A stretch of 63,993 nt of DNA, the filler included, from Neoconidiobolus thromboides FSU 785 (lineage: Eukaryota > Fungi > Entomophthoromycota), in the NCBI GenBank assembly GCA_025603075.1. It is 11 parts of 11 records of this genome, joined end to end, with 100 filler letters (N's around TTAATTAATTAA, not from the genome) between each part and the next. Parts side by side here need not be neighbours in the genome. Positions count along the whole stretch, not along the records: positions 41,077 to 54,846 come from MU626609.1; positions 54,947 to 58,475 come from MU626816.1; positions 58,576 to 61,024 come from MU626855.1; positions 61,125 to 62,747 come from MU626938.1; 7 more parts are not named here. One strand, given 5' to 3'. The stretch's first letter is position 1. The number at the start of each line of letters is the position of its first letter. Below are positions 48,501 through 61,752 of this stretch, piece by piece. A program made the translations under genes and the position numbers. Under the pieces are notes generated by a model that ran no database searches, had not been told where the DNA came from, and saw only the letters and a list, made by a program, of their open reading frames with translations.

Positions 48501-51500
48501 AAAAAGATGAGAATGATAATAGCAATGAAATAATAGTACAAGAAATTTTATTAATTTTAGATAAAGTAAATTTTAACTATTAAATTAATTTAATACAAAT
48601 TAATTTTTATTTTTACTTTTTTTAGATAAATAAATATATTACAAAAATAGCAACAATATTTGAAAATAATCAATTCAGCGCTAAATTATTAAAAACATAT
48701 TTACTTTCAGATCAATTAATTAAAATAGCTTCCATGATATTATTAATTAATTATATGTCATGTACCTTTATGTTACATTTTGACAATGAAATATTTTTAC
48801 AAAAAGACAACCAAATAATTAAATCTTTTTTAGTTAAAGCTTGGCAATTTACAGCTTATTCATTAATTTTATTCAATAATAATAATAATAATCAACAATT
48901 AAATGAAACTGAAGTTGTCAATAATCCCAATTCCATCGATGTTATTAATCAAACTATGGATCTTTTATTAGATGTTCATGGAGAAATTGGTAATAAATAT
49001 TTATGTGATGAAGAAAATGGTAATTGATTGATTTATATTTAATAATAATTTAGTGTTAATTTAATATTAATTTAGGATTATTTCCAAAATTATGTTTGTT
49101 ATTTATGGAATTATCTAAAGGATCTTTTGAAGACGAAAAACATCAATGTTATTATTGTTTATTTCATTTTCCAATTAGCGTAAATATTATTATTATTGTT
49201 ATATTAATTTAATTAATTATTATTTTATATTAGACAAATTCATTATATAAACAAGAACATTCAAAAACACCATTATCGTTGGATATGAAATCAGCACTGG
49301 ATGTATTTAATATTGTTTGGAATTTAATTGAAAATAAAGTAAGCAAAGGATTTCAAACGATTCGTGACCATCGAAGTATTTTGGATAATTTAAAAGATTT
49401 TATTAACCTTCCTAATTTCAATAAACATGGTACATTAATTAATTAATTAATCTGATATTTAATATTAATTGATACTGTTTTAATTAGGTGATATTGCTTA
49501 TAATAAAAGTATAATTGAAGCATATTTTGATAAACATCTTGATTTATTTAATAATAAATCATTTACTAATAAAAACGATATTTTACTTTGTCATGGTACC
49601 TTAGGAAATACTTGTTTTATATTACCAGGTAAATATCATTACTATTTAATAATAATGACAATTACAATAATAAATATTACATTTGAATTATAGAAATTTA
49701 TTCTAAATTATATTTTGCACTTGGAAGAATTCAATTTTATCAATATAAAATGAAATTTAAGCAAAGTGCTGTTATTGAAGAAGCAGAATGGGAACAAACT
49801 ATTGATTTATTTATGGTAACTAATTAAAATTAAAATAACAATATTGATAATTAATAATAATCAAATAGAAACATTTATTAATATGTCCAAAAAGTATTGA
49901 ATGTTGGTATTATCTTGGTTTATCTTATTTTGAATTAGCAGGTGGTTTAGTTTCGAGAACAGCAACTAATATCAAATTTAATGGTATAAAACTTGGAACT
50001 CTTTATAAAGTAAATAGTGATATATTGTTCTTGTTTAATATCATTTATTTATTAATATTTAATAGAAATCATTAGCTTGTTTTTCTCAAGTAGCTAATTT
50101 ATTAAATAAATATAAAGTAAGTGAAACAAACCCAATGTTATCCAAAGTACACTTTTTTAATGAGTTTGGTAATGCATTATACTGCTCTGCTGGTTATCCA
50201 ATGAACATGTTACCATTTACATTATACGAAAAGGAAGTAGTTAAATTGATAGAACCCAAAGATAATGACTTTTTAGAGAATGAAGTCAATTTTAAAGTAA
50301 CTAAAATTGAAGTACCAACTAAATCACAAGTTTATAAATTAGCGGAGGTTTTATTTAAAGCAGCTTGTTCGTTTGAAAAACCAAATTGGCAGTAAAGTTT
50401 ATTTTATTTTTATTAGAAATTAATTTATTAATTTTATTTAGTACTTTGATGATGATTGCAAAATGTAATCATAAACTCAAGTCCCCAATCAAAGTAATTA
50501 ATTTAATATTTTAAATATTTGATATTCTTATTTTATTTAGAAAGTACTTGGTATTGTTATTAATTCTATTAAACACTCAACAAACATTCGACATCATGAT
50601 TTTATCGTTGAACCCTATTATTTACTATTAAGTTTAGCTTATAAATATTTGAAAAATAAACGAATAGGTGTAAGTTTATATTATTAATTAAATTAAATTA
50701 AATTAAATTAAATTATTATTATTAGGAATCTATATTATATTCATATTTATCTAAAGGGTTTGAAAAATTAAATGATATTGAAGAAATACGAAATCTCAAT
50801 AATATTAATCGGGAAATATTAATTGATACTATATTAAAATGGTTACATAAACTTAAAGCATTAGATAAAAAAAAATGGCAACATAAATTATTTTATTTAG
50901 AAGCAAGAATCTTATATTTTGAAAAAGGAGATACTAAAGGAGCTATGGATGAAATGGAAAATATAGTTAGAATTAACACTTCACCTCATATGTTTTTAGG
51001 TATTTGGAAACCAGAATTTGAAAGGTAATAAATAATAATAATAATAATAATAAATTAATTTATCTTTTTTTATTTAGACATGGAAAACATTTTGTTTATG
51101 TGGCTAACTATATTAAATTTATGTATGAATTAACTATTAAATTGCCACAAGAAGATTTGATGTATAAATTATTGAAAAGATTATCAAGAGTGGAAATTTC
51201 AGTTTATGATTTTGAAAAAACATGGAAAATGGGACAAAGTTATTATATTAAAGTAAAATTAGTTATTATAGTCAATATTTTATATAATTAATTAATATTC
51301 TTATTAGATTGTACGAAAACGAATCTTTCAAAGACAATCGAATATTACATCACTTACTATTAGTATTGATTTGTTTCTTAAATTAGTTAGTCCAATTGAA
51401 CAAAAAGTAATTCAACTGCATAAACTCAACTATAATAATGAATTTAGTTATCAAAAAGAAATTCAACAAATGGTTAAAGAATATCAACAGAGCTTTGAAT

Positions 51501-51875
51501 TATATAAATTAATTAATAATATTAAACCAATGGACAGCTTTGAAACTTTAGTTATTGATTTATATACTAATATATTAGAAGAATTTGGTTTTTTTGAAGA
51601 GTTATCAGATTATCAAAAATTAAATAGTAATTTTTTATTTAATATTATTATAACTTGTTAAATTGATATTAATATATAATATTTAGAAAATCAAATGGTG
51701 GATTTAACAAAACTTAATGTGAAATTAGATAAATTCAAAATTTTGAAGCAAATGGAAAAATTTAATAAGGAATTAACTATTATTTCAAAAGTAAATTAAA
51801 TTAAATTAAATTAAATTTATTTTTGAATATTTTTTTATTTAGACTAATGCTCTTCATTCCCTTTCTCAATTATAA
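45559..51875 (+). CDS. HIR3: HIR3/Cabin1 histone-chaperone (HIRA complex) subunit, many short exons
   Basis: Start MYFEAIN (cf. fungal Hir3 MxxFxAxN); TPR block KWDCLTKLIE|VLYEIKDFQSC...KRGKELV resembles Cabin1 as recalled; C-terminal KWQHKLFYLEARILY and WKPEFER|HGKHFVYVANY. Exact exon boundaries not all resolved. Confidence 0.82.
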
Positions 51876-52081
51876 TTTATCTATTGAAATTTTATTAAAT
51901 AATTGTTATAATAACTTATTTATTATTTTATTCATTATTTATTCATTTATAAATTTCTTTTTTATTTTAAATAATACTGTATATTATTATCTATTAAATA
52001 CATATATATAATTAATATTATAAAGTAATAAAAATAAACTAAATATTTTATTAAAAAAGCAGTTTCAATCCTTTAAAAAAA

Positions 52082-53017
52082 TTAAAGATCAGAACGAACT
52101 CCAAATCCAGGGCCAGTAGGTTCTTCTTTAAGAGAAGATAGACCCACGATAGGTTCACAAGTTTTACGACCTGAAATTGGGCCTGGAGTAACTTTCTTAC
52201 CACTTTTAATATCTTCTAATATTTTAATAGTAGCTTCTGGGGTAAGATCCTCCTATTTAAAATAAAATAATATAAAAAAATAGATTAAATTTAGAAATAG
52301 ATTAAAAATAAAACTTACAAAATAATCATCATTAATAGCCAAAACAGGAGCATTAACACAAGCACCAGCACATTCCACTTCCACTAAAGTAAATAGATTG
52401 TCTTTAGTTGTTTCCCCCATTTTAATACCCAAATGTTTTTTAATAGCATCTACAATTTTATCCGATCCACAAAGTTGACATGGAGTAGTTGTACAAACTT
52501 GAAGGAAATATTTACCCACTGGATCTCTTTGAAATTAAAATTTATCAGTATTAATAATATTAAAAAGTTAAATTAAAATTTCAATATTTACCTATTAAAC
52601 ATTGTATAGAAAGTAGCTACTTCATACACACGCATTGGTGGCATTTCTAATAAACGTGCTACTTCATTCATAACCGAAATAGAAGTAAAACCTAATTGCT
52701 TTTGACCTAAATGTAATAATGGTATAGCAGCTCCTTTTTTATATTGTTTTGGATATTTAGCAATAATGTTTTGTGCTTCTTTTAAATTTTCTTCAGTGAA
52801 TTTAAAATCAATTTTAGGATTGTTTCTTTCAGTATCACGATGCTATTTTTTTATAAAATTATTGTTACTCTATTTTATTTTATTTTATATATAAGCTTAC
52901 AATAAAAAGTTTATCCGATAATTGAATACTACGGGTGGTAAAGTTCACTCGGTTAACACTTTTTATACCATTAGAGAACATACATCTCTTAATTAATTTA
53001 CTACTTAATCCAAACAT
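52082..53017 (-). CDS. NDUFV2: NADH:ubiquinone oxidoreductase 24-kDa subunit (NuoE/NDUFV2), mitochondrial precursor, 4 exons
   Basis: Presequence [11 protein letters not shown]; SDKLFI|[29 protein letters not shown], 2Fe-2S ligands CTTTPC and ECAGAC, C-terminal [10 protein letters not shown]. Confidence 0.96.
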
Positions 53018-53566
53018 TTTTTTTATTTATTCTTTATCCTTCTTTTTAAATCGTTATAATGTTATCTGCTATTTTCTTTTGTTTAACTTTATTGATTTTT
53101 TTTAATAAAAAAATTGGACTTGTTTGTAGATTTAAATCTTGATGAAAATTATCATCTGAATCTAAACTAATCAATCTATTGAGTCCAATCGGAATCATCT
53201 AAAATTAATGGGATTGATTGGTTAATAATTAAAAATTGACTATTTCTCAAATTCAATTATATTACAGTACTTGTATCATTTACAGCTATAAAAAAACTTT
53301 CAACAAAATAAGTAATAATATTTTGATAATATCTTATAACAAAAGTGAACAAAATTAAAAACATTATTACTTCATTTTTTTGAAATTTTTTTGCTATAGC
53401 TGTAATACATTGAAATTATTATAATATTTATAGAAAGTTAAATAGTTTTATTATTCGTTTAAATAAGAATATTTTAATTATTTTAAAATGTGCTTTATAA
53501 AATATACTAGTTAATATAACTGTTATCACATATTAAATGTTTTATAAGAATTATATAAAATTTACT

Positions 53567-53671
53567 ACATGGGGATGTATTTTTTTGTTTAAGAATTTTA
53601 CTAATAATTTTTCCACTCAAATAGTGCTTAAAAAAATAGAAGGTAGTGAAGCTAAAAAAACATCGTCATAT
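53567..53671 (-). mobile_element. 105-bp MITE family copy 11
   Basis: acatggggatgtatttttt...ttccactcaaatagtgcttaaa...aaacatcgtcatat. Confidence 0.85.
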
Positions 53672-53924
53672 CATATTTTTAAAGCTACAGAGTACATAAT
53701 ATCTTTATTAAAACATATATACTATCTTTAATAAATTTAGCTTGGATGTAATAAACACTACCTTAGATATGTATTTTATAAAAAAATACCGGTTCAATTG
53801 TCTATAATCCTATTTTAGAAATATCTTCGAAATTAGGAATGTTGAATTAACTACTGAACCAAGCAATTTGTCCTTTGCAAATTATACTTTTTTGATATTT
53901 TTAATATCTCATTAGAAAAGCAAG

Positions 53925-54328
53925 TGTAACGTCACCTAATCACTTAATCACTTAATTACTTAATCATGAGGTTTTTAAGCCCTGCGCTTCTTTATCTTGT
54001 AGTGTACTTAACTTCAGAGTTGCGAGTTTGTTTTATGAAAAAATTGTAAAATCTAGTTGCCACAGGTTTATTTTTTATTTTGATGTACAAAAATTCTGGG
54101 ACTCAGTTCTGTAATTTTCAACTTATTCTCCCCTTAATTTTTCTGGCACCTATCTATCTTATAAATAATTAAACGTCCTTCTACATTCACTCATTTTCTG
54201 ACCAAACTCTTATCATGTAAACTGGGTTGTAACCAATATAACTATATTATGATAAACTTTTAGGGAATAACTAATTGATCTCACTTATATTCTCTCATTA
54301 ATATTCTTTATGTGATTTACCTTTTACA
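53925..54328 (+). mobile_element. Possible degenerate solo LTR
   Basis: Starts TGTAAC, has an internal TATAAATA, ends TTACA; no matching TSD found. Confidence 0.25.
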
Positions 54329-54655
54329 AATTGGAAGTTGAAACCATTTAGTGTGACCTCTCCAGGTTGAAAAAAGAAAAGTCAAATAAGTATTCTTACT
54401 TTGGACTTATATCTAAATTTTTGCTTTAATCGCTCTTACCCATTATCTGAAGCCTCTTTGTTTTTATTATCGGGAATGAATCACTTGTGGCCTTACTCTT
54501 TCAGAATGTATATAAAAACAGTTGATTATTGATACAGAAAGATTTTTTATTTTTGGACATACAGTTGCTTTAAAAGTTATGCTGAGCTCCAGGCTCAAAC
54601 AACCTTTTGGAATTTATGGATGATTTTTAGAAATTGTGTGTATTATTAGTTTAAT

Positions 54656-54846
54656 ATATGGGGTTGTCTGAATTAGTTTCATTATTTTAGCCAATTTTTG
54701 AAAAATTTTGTATTTTAAAAACTTCGCTTAAAATTCTATAAAATCACATCTTTTATTAAAACAAAAGTACCCAAACACAGTTCTAAATCATTCTATTATA
54801 GCTCATACTGTAAGTTAGTTGAATTTCTACTAGATCTTAAATACAT
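54656..54846 (+). repeat. Longer repeat sharing one terminus with the 105-bp MITE (copy b), runs into gap
   Basis: atatggggttgtctgaattagtttcattatt...tcttaaatacat; reverse complement of 41112-41296. Confidence 0.8.
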
Positions 54847-54946
54847 NNNNNNNNNNNNNNNNNNNNNNNNNNNNNNNNNNNNNNNNNNNNTTAATTAATT
54901 AANNNNNNNNNNNNNNNNNNNNNNNNNNNNNNNNNNNNNNNNNNNN

Positions 54947-56136
54947 GAAAGTACTAATACCTACACCTATCAAAGATGGTGATAAAATTAAACCAAAGAT
55001 ATTAAGTGTAAAAGTATCTGCACCAAATGGAATTTGTGTAAAACTAATTGTCATAATAATATTGAGTAAGGTGATAGGTCCAGTTAATTTTGGAAATTTA
55101 GTTCTAATATAGCCAGATAGGAAAATGTAAGTATAAAGAAACAAAGCAAGTATAAAAGATCCATCAAATATAACAGTATTTTCATCATCTCTAACAACAT
55201 AACTCTTATTAAATAAAACAAAAAGGCTGAAGGCCACCATATAAAATAAGAGTCCGATTAAAGAGCATATACAAGCTAACAACGTGTTTTCTAACTGTGA
55301 TCCTACAGTTCTGGATGAATCAAAGATGATAGTAGCAATAACAGCAGTATAGGAACCGGTGCCCAAAACATCTCGAACTGGGTTTATGATAACCAATAAA
55401 GTAGCCAAAAAGAAAGCAATTGATGACTTTACAATTCTTTTGAATATTCTTGAGTTTACTGAATGTCTTCCTTTCTTAAAGAGTTCTAATATTTTTCTCA
55501 TCCGTGTGTTTTCTGGCTCTGGCGATAGCGGTGGGTTGTTATTTGATGATTTTATTCTATCTGGTAATGGTATTTCGAAATTTGTTATTGCTGTTTGAGC
55601 AGTCATCTGATTTCTTTCTTCATTAGTTTGCTCCACTTCTTGTTGGCTATTGATATTTTGGTCGCTTGGTACTGAAGTTATTATTCTAGGAATATCATCA
55701 GCTATATTATTATTCGTTTCTATAGTATGATTTGCTTCATTTTTTATACCAAATAAGTCTTGAAGTGGGGTTGTTTCAGGCTTAAGGCTCGTGCCTTCTA
55801 TATTATTTAGGCCAAAACCATACACATTATTATTAGAAATTTGTGGAAGTACTTTTGAAGTTTCTCTAAAAATAAATTGTTTTTAGTTAAAGATCTTTAA
55901 AACAGTTTTGTAGTTCATTGAGCTATGATTCACTATGTTAAGTTCTAATATAAAATTCATTACTCTGTTTTTTCTCCATCTGAAATACTATAATTTAAAG
56001 TAGAATCTAAAGAAGCTTTTTTACTTTTGGGATTCTGTAGTGACCATGGTGAAGAATGTCTCATCGAATTGGTGCCAACTTTGCTTGGTTTTAAGCTTGA
56101 GAATGGCGAAATTGATGCTGGAGATTCATTACTCAT
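54947..56136 (-). CDS. ArAE/FUSC-like integral membrane protein (ArAE_2_N type), 5' part; 3' lost in gap
   Basis: Exon 1 MSNESPASISP...GEKTE spliced (gtaatg...ttttag) to ETSKVLPQISNNNVYGFG; IVKSSIAFFLATLL...LGTGSYTAVIATIIFDSSRTVGSQLEN followed by TM helices. Confidence 0.72.
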
Positions 56137-57169
56137 TAAAATAAATATACATGCACAATTTTGATTTTATTTAAATACTGATAAATGATTCTTGTTGGTT
56201 TAAAGGTGCTTTATAAAGGAAAACAAAACAGCTAATAAAGGCTTTTAAATATCAGGCTAAGCAAAAGCAATAATGAGATAGATGAATAGAATTAAAAGAG
56301 AAAGGAATTTTTATTTTTGTTTTATTTTGTGTTTATTCTATTCTTTAAGATTTATGTATTTATGGGTGGCACACTACTGGAAACTTGAAAGATTTAATTT
56401 AACGGATAATTTTAATGGAAAAAATGATGAGTTTTAGAGTTGCACACGAGATGATTTAAGAATTTGTTGGTCAATTTATACTGTGAAACCATTTTGAAAT
56501 TTTTAGACAAAGCTTATTGACCATTCCACTTTTTCCTCTTTCCACCTAGAACGAATTTTTAAAGGCTTCAGGCTCACTTTTACCCTCTTGTATCATAGAG
56601 TTCATCCTTTGGATGGTGTATCATTCCCGCTGTGAGTATTCAGCTAAAGATACTGATACCTATTTTTCAGTACCTTTATATTAAATGGCACATAATCTGG
56701 GTCAAAGAACTTAATTGTGGAATCAAGGGTCAATCTATAGATCCTCTGGGGCTAAAGCCTTGATTAAACCGCCATCTGATATCCTTCGTTAATTTGATTC
56801 TATTTAATAAAACCTTGCCCTTCAGGGCTCAAGATTTTCCAAAGAAAAAAATTAGACAAAACAATGAGTTAAGTATTGTAATTTTTGCAATATTAGCCCA
56901 TTTATATTTATTATATTTGATGTAAAAATTTTTGAATATTAGATTTTATGTAAATTGAACGAGTTAAATGGCTTTGTCTTTTCATAGTTAGTTGGTAGTA
57001 AAAATTTAATGAATTCCAAATATAAAACTTAGCCTTATAAAAACCAACAAAAATGATATAAGTAATATAGATAATATATGTTTAATAAAGTAAGCAATTA
57101 TATATATGTCTGTATTTACTTTATTATAAAGTGATGCATTTTTCAATTTCTATAAGCCACATTTTTATT

Positions 57170-57276
57170 ATATGGGGATGTATTTTTGTATTCAAGAATT
57201 TTACTAATAATTTTTCCACTCAAATAGCGCTTAAAGGATGAAAAAAGTAATAAAGCCAAAAAAAACACTCCCATAT
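57170..57276 (-). mobile_element. 105-bp MITE family copy 12
   Basis: atatggggatgtattttt...ttccactcaaatagcgcttaaagg...aacactcccatat. Confidence 0.88.
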
Positions 57277-57954
57277 TAATATTTAATAGTATTATTTAAG
57301 CTCGCTATTGTATAAAAAAACATGATTATTTATGATAACTAAACTATTTAAAACAAATATAAAAGAAGGCTCAAAATCAAAACTATTTTGTTTTATTTCT
57401 AATAGCATTTATTTAATAATCTTTAATAGAAAAAATAAAATTTTAAAAATAATTATCCATTAGAATATAAGTTAAGTTTAATTATTTTTTCTATAAATAA
57501 AATATATGATTTTTTCCGGGACTTTTTGTCTCAATTTATATAACTTGATAGCCTATCCCTACTTTCAATGAATAAACCTTCATGAAAAAATATCCTTTAC
57601 CTGACTATTATTTGTTTTATTTTTATGTTCGTCTCTTCCTCTTGTATTAAACTAATGTTCTATCTCACTTCCACAGCGTCAACTGACTTCTTTCTTAGAT
57701 CAAAACCTTATCTTTTCTGAAATAAAGTTCTCAATTGCTAGGCTTACAAACAACAAAAATTATATTATAAGCTCCCTGATTCCTTCCTTTATGACTGGTA
57801 TCAATCATCTCGTGATGGCTTCTTCCATAAATTTCCATTAGATCACCCAGTTTTTCACCTTGTGCCACCCTAATACCACTCATATAGACGTTTTATTTAA
57901 TCTAAAAATATAAAACCCTTTGGGCTTTGAATTAAAAAAACAAAAGATTCAAAA

Positions 57955-58047
57955 GTGTCTTTCTTTAGTTTCATTTATTTTTTCATTTTTAAGCGCTATT
58001 TAGTGGAATAATTGGAATTGGAATTCTTGAACAAGAAAAGACATATT
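57955..58047 (+). mobile_element. 105-bp MITE family copy 13 (degenerate)
   Basis: gtgtctttctttagtttcatt...tttaagcgctatttagtggaa...aattcttgaacaagaaaagacatatt. Confidence 0.6.
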
Positions 58048-58353
58048 CGTGTTTGATTGATGTTTTAAAGTCCTTTCTTTTTTCAACTGAAATCTTTTTC
58101 CTGAATAGAAAGGGTATTAAAGTTTAAATGCTTGTCTGTAGATTATGAAAACTACAAAGATGTTTTAAACTTATTTTTTATTTTATTTAGTATTCTTAAG
58201 AAATTCTAACTACTTTTTTGTATATCCCTCATAAAATTAAACAATGTTGTAAATAAATCAATAACATGACTTTCTTTTATTAATATTAGTGAAAATTAAC
58301 AATAAAAATTCAACGAAAATTAATGATAAATATTAGTTACAAAAAAGGCAATC

Positions 58354-58475
58354 TTAGTCATCGTCTTCATCATCATCTGGAAAAGTAACTATATGTTCTT
58401 TAACTGGTATTGAAATCTCTCCCACTAACCCAGCAATATTATGGCCTAATAACTCGACATCTTCAAATAATCTTA
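58354..58475 (-). CDS. C-terminal fragment of an unidentified protein with acidic tail
   Basis: Open from the gap: RLFEDVELLGHNIAGLVGEISIPVKEHIVTFPDDDEDDD*. Confidence 0.55.
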
Positions 58476-58575
58476 NNNNNNNNNNNNNNNNNNNNNNNNN
58501 NNNNNNNNNNNNNNNNNNNTTAATTAATTAANNNNNNNNNNNNNNNNNNNNNNNNNNNNNNNNNNNNNNNNNNNN

Positions 58576-58617
<42 letters not shown>

Positions 58618-61024
58618 CATACTCAAAACAAAAAATATATAAGAATTGAAATGAATATATTGGCATCAACATTATTTGCTGTAAGTTTTGTGAATTTTGA
58701 ATCAATGAAAGGAACAAAGGGTGCTAATGGTGCTTTACATTCTAGTTTAACTCATCTTTATAGATTTTTAAAAAGTATCTTTGCAACAGATGACACATTA
58801 AAATCATTAAGTTCATTAGCTCAAAGAATACCACAATTTAAAGCGTCTAAAGAAATAACATCAGTACCAACAGCAACAGAAGAAGAAGAAGATTCGGTTA
58901 TTAAAAAAGAAATAGTTAATAAGATTGATATTAATATAATTAAAGAATTATGGTCTACATTTGCACATGAGAAATTAGAATTTATATCTAATGGTTTATT
59001 TGATGATTATTCAAGTATATTATTTATCAAAAAGAAAAATAATAATTTAAAAGAGAATAATGATAATAATAACAATATAGATCCATTTGATTTTAAAGTA
59101 GAATTAAAACAGTTAAGACAATTATTTTTAGAAAACCTGAATTATTCAGTTATTTCTGATACAACTTATATTAAATATTTAACAGCTCATAAAACAGGTC
59201 AACATTCATTTCCTAGTTTTTGCATATTAAGATTAGTATCAATTACAAATACATTAATATGGTCACGATTAGTATTTGTTAATGTTAAATATCCAATTAG
59301 AGAGAAATTAATTCAACAACATTTGTCAATTAAATTTGAATTCAAATTAAATCAACAATCTTATTTAATACAAAACTGTCAACGACCCTTACATAATTTG
59401 TTAGTTCAAAATGAATTCCCAAAAAAGGAAAGTTATTTAAATCGACAATCTTTATTACCTTCATTTGCTATTGGATATTTGAAATATTTTACAAAAGAAT
59501 GGTTAATCGAATTAAATTTAGATAATTATTTTATAAATAATAATTTACCTTCAATTTATGATTTAGTTTATTTTATTTTATTAAAAGCCAAATTATCTCA
59601 AGGTTTCATTAAAATTGGTGAGTATGAAGATGAATCTGTTTTATTTTATAAAGAATTTAATTCTCCTTGGAAACAAAGTTATCGTCAATTTGGTATTCAA
59701 TATAAAATCAATAAGGATTTTAAAAACAATCAAGTAACAAGTGAAATTTGGAGTGAACCTATTAACAATGAACAATTAGAAGATGTTAGTTTAAATGCCT
59801 CAATGGAAATTTTAGCTAAAGATGAATGTATTATTACTAATTTAATATCGTTTGATTTAATTCATCAAGCTTGTAGAAATAAGAAGAATTTACTAAATGA
59901 TAAATTAAGATTAAGGTCCCTCGTTTTAAATAGTGTAGCATTAATTTCAACTTATAAAATACCCAAATTTGAATATAATTTACAAGTATTAATAGAATTA
60001 GAAAAAGATATCTCATTTTTAAAAGACAAATCTTATTTTATACCAAATTTAAATGAAAATAGTATTTATCCATTAAAATTTAATTTAACTGAAGAAGAAT
60101 TAATGAATTTAAACTCATTAACAATCCAATGTTTATTTTTTCAATTTTTTATTGAAACTTCAATAATGAAATTAACAGATACTGCAGTAGCTGGTGAAAT
60201 CAAAGATCCTTGTAATATACCAGTTAACCAATTAAAAGGGTTAGATATTATATCACCTGAAATGGCCTCCCAAAAATGGGGATTTGCTAAATTAATTAGT
60301 TCTACTTCATTTGCATTAACTTTTGTACCCAATATTATTGATGTTTTATTAAGCTTTCAAAAATATATTCAAAATAATGGAAGTAATAATGAAAGTTTAA
60401 AATTAAAGTTATGGTCATTTGAATGTATTCGAGAAAATAATACAAATTCTAATCAATTTAGTTTAAATTTATCTAAATTAAATGAAATTCAATTTACTAA
60501 AGAGAAATGTTATAATAATTTATATCCAATTATACCAACAAATGAAAAATTAGTTTCAATTATGACTGAATTAGAGAGAGTAGAATTCTGGACAAAATGG
60601 AGTCAACCTCAACCTAATATTTGTTTACAAGTTCATAAACTACAAAGTTTATTTGATAATCTTATTGGGAGATGTTTTGTTCAATCTATTTATTCCTCAA
60701 TGTTGTTGAATTATAAAATGGACATTATGGATGTTAATATGGCATTAAAATTATGTTTTAAAGTTGAAATTGAAATTGACATAACAAATTATTTAAATTT
60801 AAAAACAGAGAAAGATAAAAGAAATTTTAATCAATTAAAAAAACAACAAAATGAATTACAATTTCAACAAAAATTTGAAAAATTAATTTATAATCATTTT
60901 AATTTATTTAATCAACAAAATAATTCAAATAATGAACAATTAATCTATTATTTAAAATCATTAAATAATGTGAAAGAGAATGAAAATAATTCAAATAATA
61001 ATAATTCAAATAATAATAATTCAA
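58576..61024 (+). CDS. SZT2: SZT2-like (KICSTOR scaffold) protein, internal fragment open at both gaps
   Basis: Collinear blocks resemble human SZT2 as recalled: LKSIFATDDTLKSL, PSFCILRL, RPLHNLLV, KLSQGF, VTSEIWSEP, DECIITNLISFDLI, KLISSTSFALTFVP, RCFVQSIYSSM...EIDITNYL. The upstream (AAT)14 is in frame (poly-Asn). Confidence 0.8.
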
Positions 61025-61124
61025 NNNNNNNNNNNNNNNNNNNNNNNNNNNNNNNNNNNNNNNNNNNNTTAATTAATTAANNNNNNNNNNNNNNNNNNNN
61101 NNNNNNNNNNNNNNNNNNNNNNNN

Positions 61125-61275
61125 TATTTGTCTTACATAGTCCGTAACCTATTACATGTTATTCTTCATAATTCAAGTCTATCTTAGTCACATAAACTAA
61201 GACCTTTCGACTTATAGTGCAGTCAACCCTGCAATAGCTGTTCTTGATTCTAAACCCTGAGTACCAGATTTCACA
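61125..61275 (-). repeat. 151-bp arm of an inverted repeat at the left contig edge
   Basis: Reverse complement of 62597-62747 with about 3 mismatches; inner end reads TGTGAAATCTGG on the minus strand. Confidence 0.9.
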
Positions 61276-61467
61276 ATAGGAATATTTATTTGTTTATATA
61301 CAATAACTTTGATTAATACCAATATCAATATCAATATATAAGTTATACTAGCAAAAGCCTCGCTAATCTGGGAATTTTCATCAAATTTAGTAGAGATTCT
61401 ACTAACTCATGATATAAACTATAATAAAATAATTTAAAGCTACGTTAAATACTTTTAGTTTTTAATA

Positions 61468-61550
61468 AAAAATTTGTTTTTATAGAATCTTAAGCAAAAT
61501 ATTTAAAAATTAGATAAAAAAATAAAACCAATTGGGTCATTTTCATATAT
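61468..61550 (-). repeat. Degenerate third copy of the 41112/54656 repeat
   Basis: aaaaatttgtttttatagaatcttaagcaaaat...aaaccaattgggtcattttcatatat resembles 41205-41296. Confidence 0.45.
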
Positions 61551-61752
61551 TAATAAAACAACAGCTGAGGTTTTTTTATTTACTTGTACTATTATTGAAG
61601 ATTAAAATTGGTTATTTTAATAACTATAACTTTTGAAATATAGTTTATAATTACTCTTATCACTTTGTGCTATTTATCGTTATTTTTATATTATATTACT
61701 ATTTTTTAAATTATTAAATAGAGTTATTCTTATTTTTAATATTTATATATAC

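Noticed and set aside
58576-61024. Initial idea of a NatC auxiliary subunit (Mak10/Naa35)
   Set aside because: No Mak10 signature seen, whereas many ordered blocks match SZT2.
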